Assembly: GCA_964188305.1 (NCBI GenBank)
Contig: OZ076894.1
Direction: 5' to 3' (one strand)
Length of the DNA stretch: 64,000 nucleotides
DNA from: Podarcis bocagei
Taxonomy: Eukaryota
Shown piece by piece: positions 11,059 to 23,418 of the stretch (its first letter is position 1; each line of letters begins with the position of its first letter). Below the pieces are notes generated by a model. The model had not been told where the DNA came from, did no database searches, and saw nothing but the letters and a program-made list of their open reading frames with translations. Made by a program: the position numbers and the translations under genes.

Positions 11059-13847
11059 AATTCCTGATGCATTACATCAATCTAATTTACATCCCAGGAA
11101 GAATTGCCAGCAGGACCCAGAGCCAGAGGGGCCCCTGTCTCCATGAACATGGCAGGCTCTGAGGTGTAGGGAGCACCAGGAGGCTGAGGCAGGCAAGGGC
11201 CCACAGCCCAGCTCCCAAGCTGGCCAGATGGGGCTTGCTAGCTCTGGGAGGAGGGGTGTGATTCCTCAGATGGGTTAGGCTCAGGACAGGTGAGGGTCAC
11301 ATGTCTCATCAAGCCCAGATGCTGCAATCAACAGGCAAAGCACAAAGGGCAGCAGAGCTGAGATGCTGTGTCTGCTCACCTGCCCGTGTGGGTGGACCTT
11401 GACTTGGAGGCTGGTGGACCTCCATGGGACTGTGCTTCAGGTCTGACTCTGGACTGTATCCTGACTGCTGGACCTTGTAAGAAAAACACTGGGGCCTGAT
11501 TTGATCAGTGGAATGTTTGGTATCTGGTGGGCGGGGCTTGTGTGTTATGCTCTGGAATTGGCTCCTCCCTTCAGGCTGTTCCATTAAGTTTCAGTTAAGA
11601 AACTTGTCTCTCCTTGTTTCTTGCCTCAGACTTTCCTCATATTGTTGTACTGAGTTTCTCTCATTACACTATTTTTGTTACAGTTATCTTTATTATTAAA
11701 GCTTATGGGGGTTGACATTTACGTGAGCCACTTACTTTTCTCGAAGAAAAATAAACTCTGCTGAGCAAAGGCGTGGAATACCCTAAACTGCACTAGTGAG
11801 GGGATATTCCCAGTTTGCCAGGAGGGTTGGTTTTGTTTTGCAGTTGGGATAATGTCATTGCATATTATTGTAGCCTCTTATTGTGTCCTACCCTGGGCTA
11901 TACTACCCTGTAGGAAGGGTGGTTTAGAGCTATCTTGACTGAACTAATGTGGTTTCCCATTGGCATGGCAATTTGAGATTGTACAGTCCAGGGAGGACTG
12001 TACCATTTGCTGCTTGTGCAGATTTTGAATGGCCAGCCAGGTACTTTTATAGAATCAACTCACAATGAGTGTAATCTAATGGGAGTCACATTTCAAGTTA
12101 GACCCTTTGCAATCTATGGACTTTCAATGGATTTACTCAGAGTATTACTAACCCTGGATACCGCCCAATGTGAGTAGAGAATCCCACATCCTTCAAAGAG
12201 TGATGTACACTTCAGAAAATATATATGCTTCAATATCTCTATTGAATATATATATGTATATGGTAGTTTTTACTGTTTGTTGTTTTACTGTGGTTTTATA
12301 ATTTGTTGGAAGCCACCCAGACTAGCTGGGCCAACCCAGTCAGATGGGCAGCAAATAAATAAGATGTTGTGGTTGAGTTTCTCATTGCTACTGTTTCTTA
12401 CACTTTCTCTTGTGACTTTTGGAATAATTCATTATTCTTCCACAAACCAAGCTTAAAGTCCTCCTCATAAATTGCTTTGACCACACTTAAATCTGTGGTT
12501 TCAAAGATCCTTCGAGTGCACATGTGCTTACAGTCTAAGAAGCAGCTTGAGTTGGAGATCTGTTGTTGAAATCCCCAGGTTGAGTTGTCCCGTTGAGCTG
12601 CCAAAGAGATCTTAAACAGCTTTCCTTTTTGGTATCTGGAAGGCATCAATCAGGGCACTTCACTCAGGAAGAAGGCCCAGGGATTGCGGGTAGGGTTTTG
12701 TGTGTGTGCGTGCGCACAATGGGATGTTTTGTTCTATATCTTTCTCTCTTTTTACAGTTAGCTTCAAATGACTAGGCAGCAAACGAATGGCTATTCTGTG
12801 CCGTAGGCGACTCTCTTTGCATTAAATCTCATCCCAGATGAGAATGAGTTCTGTTTTTACTGAGTTAGTGCTTTGCCAGCAAGAACGTAATTCTGGTGAG
12901 CTCGACTTCCACGCAAGCCAAAGCGTGACGATAGGTGGCATCATTAGAAGTCGGGACAAACTAATTTGCCATCTCACTTTTGCCACTGCCAAGTCAGCAA
13001 GGCCACTTTTGCTCTCTCTTTTTGGAAGTGCATTCCCCATCTCTTATTGATGCAGATAGGAGTTTGCAGGCCGCAATTACATTTTCTTTATCGACCACCT
13101 CATAACAAATCAATTCAAAATTTGCCTGGGCTGTCAGTTCGGTGATCTGAAATGACAGAGGTGAGTGGCGATCATTGTGACTGAGAACTGAATACCTCGG
13201 GGTGTCCAATTATAACTGCGGAGAGAGGAAATTCAGGAAAGTCATTTTAGCTTCCTTTATGTTGGCCTCCGAATGAGCAGCTACTCCGCTCCTTTCAGGT
13301 TTCACAGTGGAAAGAGCATTAATGGCAACGCTGAGCAATTTTGGATTCTCATGTTCAGGAGGTCGAGAATCAATGCTTCTTTCCCCTCGCTTCGACTAAA
13401 ACAAATTTACCATCCATGCTGTGCAGGCTGTTCCCGTCCAAAATGGCAAGAGACAAAACTGCCATAGTTTTATATATGAGTGTTTCTCTTCACGCCCCCC
13501 CCCCCCCATAAAGTAGACTTTGTGGGTAATGCACAGTGGGAACAAAAGGGGGGGGGAAGCAGGGGAAAAACTCAAGCAGGCACCTACTTTAAAGAGGGCT
13601 TGATGTTTAGCAGCAACATGGGGGTCTCAAATATAGAACTTCAAAGGGAGACTGTAGCCATGGCCATGGATGGTGGGAATTATAGTGCAACAAAGCCACA
13701 GGTTCCTCAACCATTGTTCTGCTCTCAAGGCATAGCAAGCTAGATGCTGCAGTCAGGGGCTGAGTCCTAGAGATGGATTTCTCCCTTTCCTTTATCAATT
13801 AGCCTTGATTAATTAGCCTTGATCAAAAATTCAGGGTTTGCTTGTTT

Positions 13848-13851
<4 letters not shown>

Positions 13852-13916
<65 letters not shown>
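13852..13916. repeat. Compound (TC)n(TG)n microsatellite
   Basis: Direct reading. Confidence 0.95.
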
Positions 13917-13919
<3 letters not shown>

Positions 13920-14394
13920 CCCTCTCTTGGCCAGTCTTAGGAAAGCCAACTTTCATCCCAGTTCTGGAGTCTGTTGATGTCCATCAATCATCTACATAGA
14001 TAGCATTGATATCTTTCTGTGATGAGAGATGAAGCCCTACTCAGAGTAGACTCATTGAAATTACTAATCCTCAGTTAGTCATATCCATTAACTTCAATGA
14101 TTCTCTCCTAGTAGGACTAGCATTGAATGCCACCCACCCCATTTTTTTGGTGTTGATATGCTGATCTCTATCCATGCTCTTGTCTATAAGGAGCAAAAGT
14201 AGTATTTCAAGTTGGAGTGTTTTAAAACTCAGGGCTTTTGAAACTTTGAAATTACCACTGAAATATACTCAGAGTCCTACATAACAACAACATTTTGTTC
14301 TTAGTGACATTGACATACATTTTTTTGATCGCATTTATAATCCACTTGGGCAGATCCCAAAATACACAAAAGGGGGGGAGATGTATATATAGGA

Positions 14395-14396
<2 letters not shown>

Positions 14397-14444
<48 letters not shown>
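14397..14444. repeat. (AT)n microsatellite
   Basis: Direct reading. Confidence 0.95.
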
Positions 14445-14451
<7 letters not shown>

Positions 14452-15030
14452 TAAATATAACCCCTCCACAAGTCAACACAACCACTTACTATATAGCTGC
14501 CCAGTAGAGGGAGCTCAAGTTTAATTGTTAATTATTTCCTTCAGAATTGTATTATGGAGGAACAAGTTTTATTTGCCATGATTTATTTATTTATACTTTT
14601 GGCACTGCAGTTTTAGAAGGTTGCATTTTTAGGTTTCAAAGGTTGTGGGAATTTATGTTGAAAGTTTTAATTATGATTGTGTACCTCTCTGGGCTCTCGG
14701 GTGGAGAAGCAGTATAAAAATCAAATAAATAAATGCATTTATCCTGTTTGATTTAGCATACACCCACCCCTTTGGAATATTTGAATTTCTGAAATATTTT
14801 TCTACTTTTAAGTTTGTTCGGGGTTTGGTTATGTTTCTGTGCAGTGTCCTATGGGGTGGTTTAATTCTGGGGTGCAGGCAGCTCAGTTGGTTTTGCATTG
14901 TCTTTACTTGTAGAAAAAGTAGCATTTGGTCAGATTGACTTGATTCTTGGCTAATTTGTAGTTGTTTATGTTGCTTTTTTTTTAACTGCTACTATGTAAT
15001 TGATCTTGCCAGGGTTGATTTTCTGATGTA

Positions 15031-15670
15031 CAGTGGTACCTCGGTTCTCAAACTTAATCCGTTCCCGAAGTCCGTTCCAAAACCAAAGTTTTCCAAAACC
15101 AAGGCGTGCTTTCCCATAGAAAGTAATGCAAAACGGATTAATCTTTTCCAGACTTTTAAAAACCACCCCTAAAACAGCAATTTAACATGAAGTTTACTAT
15201 CTAACGAGACCATTGATCCATAAAATGAAAGTAATAATCAATGTACTGTACTATAAAATAAATAAGACAGTATTGTAGATGATAAAAATTAATTCCCCCC
15301 CCCCTTACCTGCACTGATGATAGTCATTGTTTGGATGGGGGGCTTTTATTAATTTCCGCAGTCACACAACCAATCAGTAGCTGAACTGGGTTCCACACAG
15401 TCACAAAAACAAATTAACTGAAAAAGCCTCAAAAACAAAAATGCAAAATAAATAGCAAAAACGCCAAACTTAATCCGTTCCGGAAGTCTGTTTGACTTGC
15501 AAAATGTTTGAAAACCAAAGCACAACTTCTGATTGGTGCAGACACCCTGGAAACAATAGCCAACAGCTGCACCGGACATTCAGCTTCCGAAAAAGGTTTG
15601 AAAACCGGAATACTTACTTCCAGGTTTTTGGTGTTTGGGAACCAAGGTGTTTGAGAACCAAGGTACCATG
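15031..15670. mobile_element. Non-autonomous Tc1/mariner-pogo-type DNA transposon (MITE)
   Basis: TA|cagtggtacctcggttctcaaac ... gtttgagaaccaaggtaccatg|TA. Confidence 0.85.
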
Positions 15671-16455
15671 TACTGTGGTTCTCGTTGTTAGCACATGTGG
15701 CTTACCCTATCCAGAGATCATCCCAGGTACACACTCTTTCTATCACTTTGGTGCCTCCCTGCAAAGGCCAGGGCTACTCCTGCTTCCACCAGATGCCATT
15801 GCACCAGGCTGCATCTTACCTTGGCTGAGACCAACTAAGTGCCTTCTGGTTTCTCTCCTCCCAGAATTGCCTCCCACTGTTGAAACCGCTGGGTCTGGCA
15901 CAAACAGAAGGGACCCTAGTTCAGGCATAGATTGCATACTCCACATGTAAGATCCTGGTTTATTCCCAGAAATCTCCAATGTAAAAAGCAAGCAATGCAG
16001 TAGACTGCTGTTTGAGAACACCCCCCCCCCGAAGTCAACACAGGCTATCAAAATGGCCAAAATCCCCCTTTCCCAGCCTTGGGATCCCAGAACTGTTGGA
16101 CAACAACCCCAGCATCTCTGACCCACTGGTCACATTGGCAGGGACTGATGGGTATTGTAGTTCCACAACATCTGGTTCCTCACACCTGGCATTCTTGGAG
16201 TAAATATTCCAACTTATGTAACTAACTCTGGGATTGTAGCCCAGATGTTGGGGACACTGAGAAAGGGGGTCTGTACCTCAGTGCCAACACCAGACTCTTG
16301 GGGACTCTCAGGTAAGGCAGTCTCTGGACATAAACCAATAATCCTCTCATGCTACTGTTTGACTTCCTTGGGTTTTCTGCTTCAAGCAAGGCTCATGGTT
16401 GGATCTCATAAGGCAATCCTTAAGCCTTGATTTTAAAACCTTGATAGTGCATATA

Positions 16456-16952
16456 CAGTCGTACCTTGGTTATCGAACACCTTGGTACTCATACGTTTTG
16501 GCTCCCGAATGCCGAAAAACCCAGAAGTAGTGTATTGGCCCCAATATAAGCCACACCTTTAAAATTCAAGCGGGGGGAGGGGGGGGAAAGACAATACCCG
16601 AATATAAGCTGCTCCCTTAAAATTCCACAGGCACTCACACCCGTTCCGTTTTACCATATGTCTGTTTCAGCAGCGACATCGTAAAAGCCAATTTTTGTAA
16701 GGTTGCTAATTTAGGTGGCACTTTTAACTTTTCACGGTCAGGATTTGGGGAAAAAAGTGAGGCTTATATTCAGGTCAATATGGTAAGTGTTCTGTTTTCC
16801 GAACATTTTTTGGAAGCTGAATGTCCGACGCAGCTTCCGATTGAGTGCAGGAAGCTCCTGCAGCCAATCAAAGCTGCGCCTTGGTTTTCGAACGTTTCAG
16901 AAGTCGAACGGACTTCTGGAACAGATTACGTTTGAGAACCAAGACACGACTG
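16456..16952. mobile_element. Tc1/mariner-type MITE interrupted by a second MITE (16530-16783)
   Basis: Flanks align with 22047-22296; inner element has aatataagcc/ggcttatatt TIRs and a TA duplication (16528-29, 16784-85). Confidence 0.8.
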
Positions 16953-17297
16953 TGATTGTACAACTCTTTTTGCTCTTTAGGGGCCTGAGCCAATAGTCTT
17001 AAGTTCTTGGATCACTAGCTTAGAGATAGGGACTCTCAGGCCTGGAGGCCAAATGTGGTTGCTGACTCTCAGGGTTCTCCTCAGCCACAACCTCTTTCCC
17101 AAGGCCAGATTCCTCACCAGCCCCTTCAACTCTGATAATGAAGATGGGTGTGAGAGCATGTGCAGAAACTAGCCTAATGGACAGATTTCTGGCTTTGCCC
17201 ACTTTTGGCTTTGATCTCACCAATCACAGGCCGGTGGCCCCCAGGAGGTTACTTGGAAGGGAAAGTGGCCCCCCGGGCTGAAAAAGCTCCTCCTATA

Positions 17298-17436
17298 GGT
17301 GGACAACTCAGTCAGCAGAGCATGAGACTCTTAATCTCAGGATTGTGGGTTCAAGTCCTCCATTGGGCAAAATATTTCTGCATTGCAGGGGGTCGGAATA
17401 GATGACCCTCGTGGTCTCTTCCAACTCTATGATTCT
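17298..17436 (+). mobile_element. tRNA-Lys(CTT)-derived SINE with CR1 tail
   Basis: ctcagtcagcagagcatgagactCTTaatctcaggattgtgggttcaagtcc followed by gatgaccctcgtggtctcttccaactctatgattct. Confidence 0.8.
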
Positions 17437-17492
17437 GCGAACAGCACATGATTCCACAAGACAAGCACAGAGTGCATTAAATAAATATAAAT

Positions 17493-17498
17493 TTTATT
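17493..17498 (-). terminator. Candidate distal TET2 polyA signal (second AATAAA at 17984-17989)
   Basis: minus strand reads ttttAATAAAatttatatttatttaatgcactctgtgcttgtcttgtgg, GU-rich downstream. Confidence 0.5.
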
Positions 17499-18330
17499 AA
17501 AAACACCCATATTTCAGCATTATCAGGAATGATATAATAAAACAGCTTTTCAAATAACCTGCATTCATTACATTACAATACTTACAGTATTTATAACCAT
17601 TCTCAGATTTTAATGGACAAAAAAAAAAGCCCCTTTGAAAAATGAGGGAAAGTTTCTTTAAAAATAAAAACAAAAACAACTCAAACAGTAGAACATAAGC
17701 TTAGAAAATGCACGTTTTTTTTAAAAAAGGTCATTATCTTAGTGTCAAACTGTTAAAGTTTCCTACACAAAAGTTAACCACTAGCTTTAAAAGTGAACTT
17801 TTAACGCCACTGTGCGTCAATCAAGATGAAGGGAACAAATCATTCAAGTAAAGTTGACACCACTCAGAAGTATCTTCAAGTATGGCTATAGTCAACCTGA
17901 TAATCCTATACAAGCAATGTTATGTCTGCTCCCCCCTCCCCCCAGTTCACTGAGGCAGGGTTCTGTACATCAAAATTACAACTTTTATTTACAATACATA
18001 TTTCTCCTCCCAGCCCCACTCCCCCTTCCCAAATTCCCAAACTAAGTTTTCTTCTGCCTGCAAGCAATTTGGCAAATGACGGGGGTTGGATACAAGCCCC
18101 CCCTTCGGCATGTGGATGGGGTTTTCCACTCACAGAAGGGTTGCCTGACACTTTGTGTCTGAAGTACCACAAGAGAAAACGGGAACTGAGCAATGTTCCT
18201 GCAACATCTTGCAGAATTAGCAGCACCCTAGCTGATCTAGAACCGAGCATGGCGCAGTGTTGAACTCTCCTGCATAAACATGTGCAGAACAGCTCTACCC
18301 AAAATGTGCATGTTGCTCATGGTTCTTTGG

Positions 18331-18764
18331 CAGGGCCGGATTTAGGTTTGATGAGGCCCTAAGCTATTGAAGGTAATGGGGCCCTTTATATGTCCAGCTG
18401 TCCTTTGTCAATAACAAATTGTCGCTGTTTTTTGTGTTGATATATGGTAATTTATGGACCCAATAGTTATCTAAAGCCATTTGCACATAACAAAATACGT
18501 ATTTTATCAAAGTAATTGATATAGAAATGAGCAAACCAGTGATATTTTAGGGAGCAGGCTAGCAGGCGGGGCCCATTACGTACATCATAGGAGCCTACAC
18601 AACACAAAACACTGTTGCTGTATGTAGGTTTTATTTTATTTGTTTTTTTACCTTATATTTTGGAAATGTACATCCAGTTTTTTTCTTTTACATTTTTTGG
18701 GGCCCCCCAAGAGAGTGGGGCCCTAAGCTATAGCTTGTTTAGCTTATACATAAATCCGACACTG
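18331..18764. mobile_element. hAT-type non-autonomous element
   Basis: cagggccggattta ... taaatccgacactg, exact 8-bp TSD TTCTTTGG. Confidence 0.88.
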
Positions 18765-19889
18765 TTCTTTGGAATCCAACCTAAAACCTGTTTTTAAATC
18801 GGCACTTCTCACCTTAAGTCAGCAAAGAAATGGTAAATGGAAAAACATGATATTACTGGAAGATGGTTTGATTAAGTGGAATCAGCAGCTCCCATGTGGA
18901 GCTCCACACAAGCAGAGGCTGTTTGGTTTGGGTTCAATGCAATGTTGAGAATCATCACTGACGAGGTTTTTCTCAACATGCAGCAAAGCAGAGCAGCCTT
19001 GGCTTGTACTGAGGTCTCCGAGATTCACCCAGCTTTGGGTGATTGCAAAGATGCTCATTAATTAAAGTTGCAAAGGTTAAATATTTGTTTCCAAGTTAAA
19101 TATTCAAAGGACTTGTATTTACAGTGTGGTGTTGGCAGTAGAATGAGGAGTGGATGTCTCTAACTGCAGTTCTCCAACATCCAACGGTGATTATAATGCC
19201 GCTTTTAAAAGGCCAAATTCAGGCACTGGTCCTGTAATGGTCAATATTTACGTTGCCCAATTACACACAGTGCTATTGGTGGGACAATTCAATGTATAGA
19301 GCGAAGCAGCAACTTGTTTCATGGGTCAGGGTCTTTGCCTCATAATATATTCCCCAGCCAAACACTGAGGCATTAGGTCTGCATTTTTAAAAAGCAAGAA
19401 GTCCTAAGAAGAACATTGCTTGATCAGACCAACATTAGCCAATCGGATGCCTCTGGGAATCCTAAAAACAGGACATGACTGCAAAAGCCCTTTCTGCCTG
19501 GAGGCAGCATAGAGTCACCTTGACTAGAAGTAGCCGCTTATTCTTCATAAAATTGTCTAATCTCCCTACTCGCAGCTCCTGCTCCCGCCAATTAACTTTT
19601 AATCTCCTTGGAAACACACAACCCTCCAGCAAATGGTCAGTTGCCAAATCCTTGACTTCACAACAGGAACGAGGAGTCTGTGGCCAGCTCCTATCTTCCT
19701 TAGCCCACATGGGAGTTGTAGTCCTGCGACAGGTGGGGAACCAAGTTCCCCCCTTCCCCTGCTTTACAGTTTCCCTTTTGACCGCTCAGTGCATTCTACT
19801 TTCCATTTTGTGACTGGACCATACAACCCCTCCCAGAAGAAAACAGAGTTTAAAACGTTAAAACACTCTCATCACTGTATAAAGGAGCG

Positions 19890-22800
19890 GATGAATTTAC
19901 ACAAAATATAGCTTTAATCGCCATCAGTACATTTACAAGTATTAGAGAAAGAGAAAGATTGAATCCTCAAACAATAGAATAGAATAGAATAAAAACCCTC
20001 AAGGATAATATTTTGATCAACATTCACAACACATTCACACACCCTCGCACAATATTCTCTCTCTTGCACAGACCCTCTCTCACACACTCACTCTCACCCC
20101 TACTCTCTCACACACTTGGATGATATGTTGGCTTACAAAGGAGATCATGAGCTGATATATCCCTGAATTTTTAGAACAAAAACATTAAAAAGTTGAAGTT
20201 CAAGTTATACTTGCTATAATATCAAGTAGCGAGTGTGAGAGAAAAAATATCTTATTTTTCAAAGAATCAGGGGGGAAGAGAGGGAGGGGAAGGTGATATA
20301 ACAACGTTATAAGCTTCCGCTCCCAATTTAACATCCTATTGCCAACTAGTGTTGAGGTATATGACAAGTAGGAACATCATTCAAACATTTTAATGTATTT
20401 TTAGATCACATTATATTTTAATAGCAGGCTGAGTAGCACCGTGATGTGAATTCAGCTCCAAACCCATATATATATATATATCTATGTATATATATATATC
20501 TAGATATATAATAGATTTATATTTATATATTTGTACAGTATTAAAATACTAAAGCATTAAAAAAAATTGTTTACAAGTTAAGTTACTTACTATACATCTC
20601 TTTTGCTTGCATTTTGTTTAATACAAATCACCAGTTTAAAAAACCGCCACAGCAAGCCAGCTGCCTGTTCTGTATCCTTTTTCCCGCCACCGACAGAATC
20701 GCACAGAATAACCCTGTATCTCGTGTCTTCATTCTACTCAAACCTTCCTAGCGAAGATGGGCACCTTACACTGAGCAGTGTGACGTATACTGTAACATAA
20801 ATAATCCATGGAACACCTCAGTCTGCCCAGCTATTTGGAGAACTTTTATGGATCCTTAAAAGGAAAAAAAAAGTAGACTAAACTACACAATTATCAAGTC
20901 TAACCCATGCTGTTAATTATCTGAAGCTAATATTAAACAAAAACAAAATGTATATACGGTTTGAGGGATAACACGCGTCATCGTAATGGTAAAGAAAAAC
21001 ATGTTCACAGTACAGCTGTGTAAGATGAGCACCAAGGAATTGGAAGATTGGGGGGGGGCAGAGTGTGTTGTAAAGGCAATGCCTTGCATCCATTCAACCC
21101 AAGTGGGATTCTGCCTTTAAAAGCGGATGTTCCTCTTGTACACCAGTAGATGTTTAAGTAAGAGGCTTATCTACATAGTCTCAACCCCCTATTTTTAGTG
21201 GGGTGGGGGAGAGGAAAAGGATGCTGCAGGGAAAGGGATAACCACTCTCCTCTGCTACTTCTCAAGACTGAAATTGCCCCTCCCATTTTTAGTTTTGAAA
21301 AAGCATAGTATCGGGGCTCTTTTACATGGATTTGCCCCAAAGATAAAATAAGCTTCTAACATGTTTTAGTACCCCAGTGTTGTTTGCCAATGCTTCAGGC
21401 AGACAAAGTACTTTTCAAGCACCATTAAATAAAACAAAACAACCCCACACATTTCTGTTATTTTTTCTCCTTAATCAGGCCTTGACTTGATGGATGCATT
21501 CAAATGAGATCCAACAGAGCTTATATGGGCATGCAGCCTAAGGGCTTTCGGGCTGAGGGGTCTTTCTAGATGACCCAAACCCTTGATTTTTGCCTTTATC
21601 ACTCAATTTAGCAGTATGCTATTCTGTCTCTGCACAATAGATTGTAAGGCTCCTTGCTGAAGCATGGAGCCACCAAGAAAATATTTTTAAAACCCAATAT
21701 TTCCAGCAGAAATATAGCAAGCCAGAGGAAGGGATGGGATAGGAATTAAAAGTAAGAACTAAGAACACAGAAACATAAGAAGAGACTGTTAAATCAAGCC
21801 AATGGGCCATATTTTTCAGCATCCTATTCTCATGGTGTCTGAGGGAGCAACATGGCATGTTCCAGCGCTGTGGTAGTGCATTGATAACATAACCCTACCC
21901 ATATAGCATCTAACCTAGCCTTAGTGAATTGCTCACAATGACTTTTTCTAGGGAAACGCTCGCCAGGGAGGGAGATAGTGGCACCTCAGTGAGCATTTCA
22001 ATTTCAAATATTCTGATTCTTTCTACTTTGAGTTAAGTATTATTTACAGTCATACCTTGGTTGTGAAACGCCTTGGTACTCAGACATTTTGGCTCCCAAA
22101 CGCCGCAAACCCGGAAGCGAGTGTTGCAGTTTGTGAACGTTTTTTGGAAGCCAAACGTCCGAAGGGCTTCCACAGCTTCCGGTTGAGTGCAGGAAGCTCC
22201 TTCAGCTGATCGGAAGCCACACCTTGGTTTCTGAACCATTCTGGGAGTCAAAGGGACTCCCAGAACAGATTAAGTTTGACAACCAAGGTACCACTGTACT
22301 TGACTTGGGGTGGGTGGGTGGGCAGGGGCTCCACTGGTTACACCCATGGAGAAGAGCATGCAAACCCAAGGCTTGATTCTGCTCATTCATGTACAGTAAA
22401 CAATGTCTTAGTGTTATGTCCCAAAGAGGCTGCTGTCTGGATGCTGTCTTTGAACAGCAGTCTGCCTTTTCAGCAATGGAAGTTTCAGCTTAAAATGTTG
22501 CTTTTGCTTCTCTGCCCATGCAACCAACTATAACGAAAAGCTCCAGAGAGCTTCACACAATGTCACACTACTGCTCATATATAAGCTTTGCTGGATCTTG
22601 GTCCTGCCTGACCACAATTCCCATATTTTAAAAACTGGGTGTTATTTTCTTTTAAGCACCAGATTACAAACAAATACAATTTGGATACAAACACAAAAAT
22701 TAAAAAGGTCCTGTTTGCCGTTTAAGGAGAGCACAGCATACTTTTTAACGTTTTCATGGTTATAAAAGGCATTAAAACTGTTCAGCTGCTGCATTAGACA

Positions 22801-23418
22801 CCATTCTTATACATAGCACCATGTTTTAGAATAGCCAAACAAATTCAGTGTTTTGCTTCGTATTCTTTATGTAATATATGTCGCTATCCTGATTAATAAA
22901 AATCAAGTCAAGATTAAGATTACAGCAACAAACAAACCCCTGCATGTTAAAAAGCTGCATTTCCAGTATTTCAGCACATCATAGATTCAGCACCAGTTGG
23001 TAATTTAAAATTTTTGCTACTGAAATACTACAGTATTTTTACTTTAAAAACAAACTTCTCTTAATTAACTTGCTTTCATTTAAATGGTCACAGATGTAAA
23101 AATTTTAAAGGTTATGCATACAGATTCTCTGTCTTCCAGTAAGTAGTCAAGCCAGTATTTCAACGTTAAATTTGCATAGGGTGCTTTGGTTTTTAGTTGT
23201 TAACGTGTTACCTGTGACCAGTTACCAAATGAATGTGGTGGCAATGTTACCTCTTTTGCTGGTACAAGGAGGTTTTCCCATTGACAAGCTAAAAAGAAAA
23301 GGAAAAAAAAATACTGTCTCTTGCCCTTTTCCCTTGTCTCCAGCCTAAAAAGAACGACTACCTACCAACATAAAAAACAAACAAAAAACAGATGAGGTAA
23401 TGAATGAAGCTCTGATGT
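19890..23418 (-). other. TET2: TET2 3' UTR (proximal form), ATTAAA at 19913-19918
   Basis: AU-rich, many miR-29/26/22/125/let-7 seed matches, TGTA motifs before ATTAAA; end position inferred. Confidence 0.65.
22047..22296. mobile_element. Tc1/mariner-type MITE inside TET2 3' UTR
   Basis: TA|cagtcataccttggttgt ... acaaccaaggtaccactg|TA. Confidence 0.85.

Noticed and set aside
17298-17370. tRNA-Lys(CTT) gene
   Set aside because: Acceptor and D stems are degraded and it is fused to a CR1-type tail, so it is a SINE
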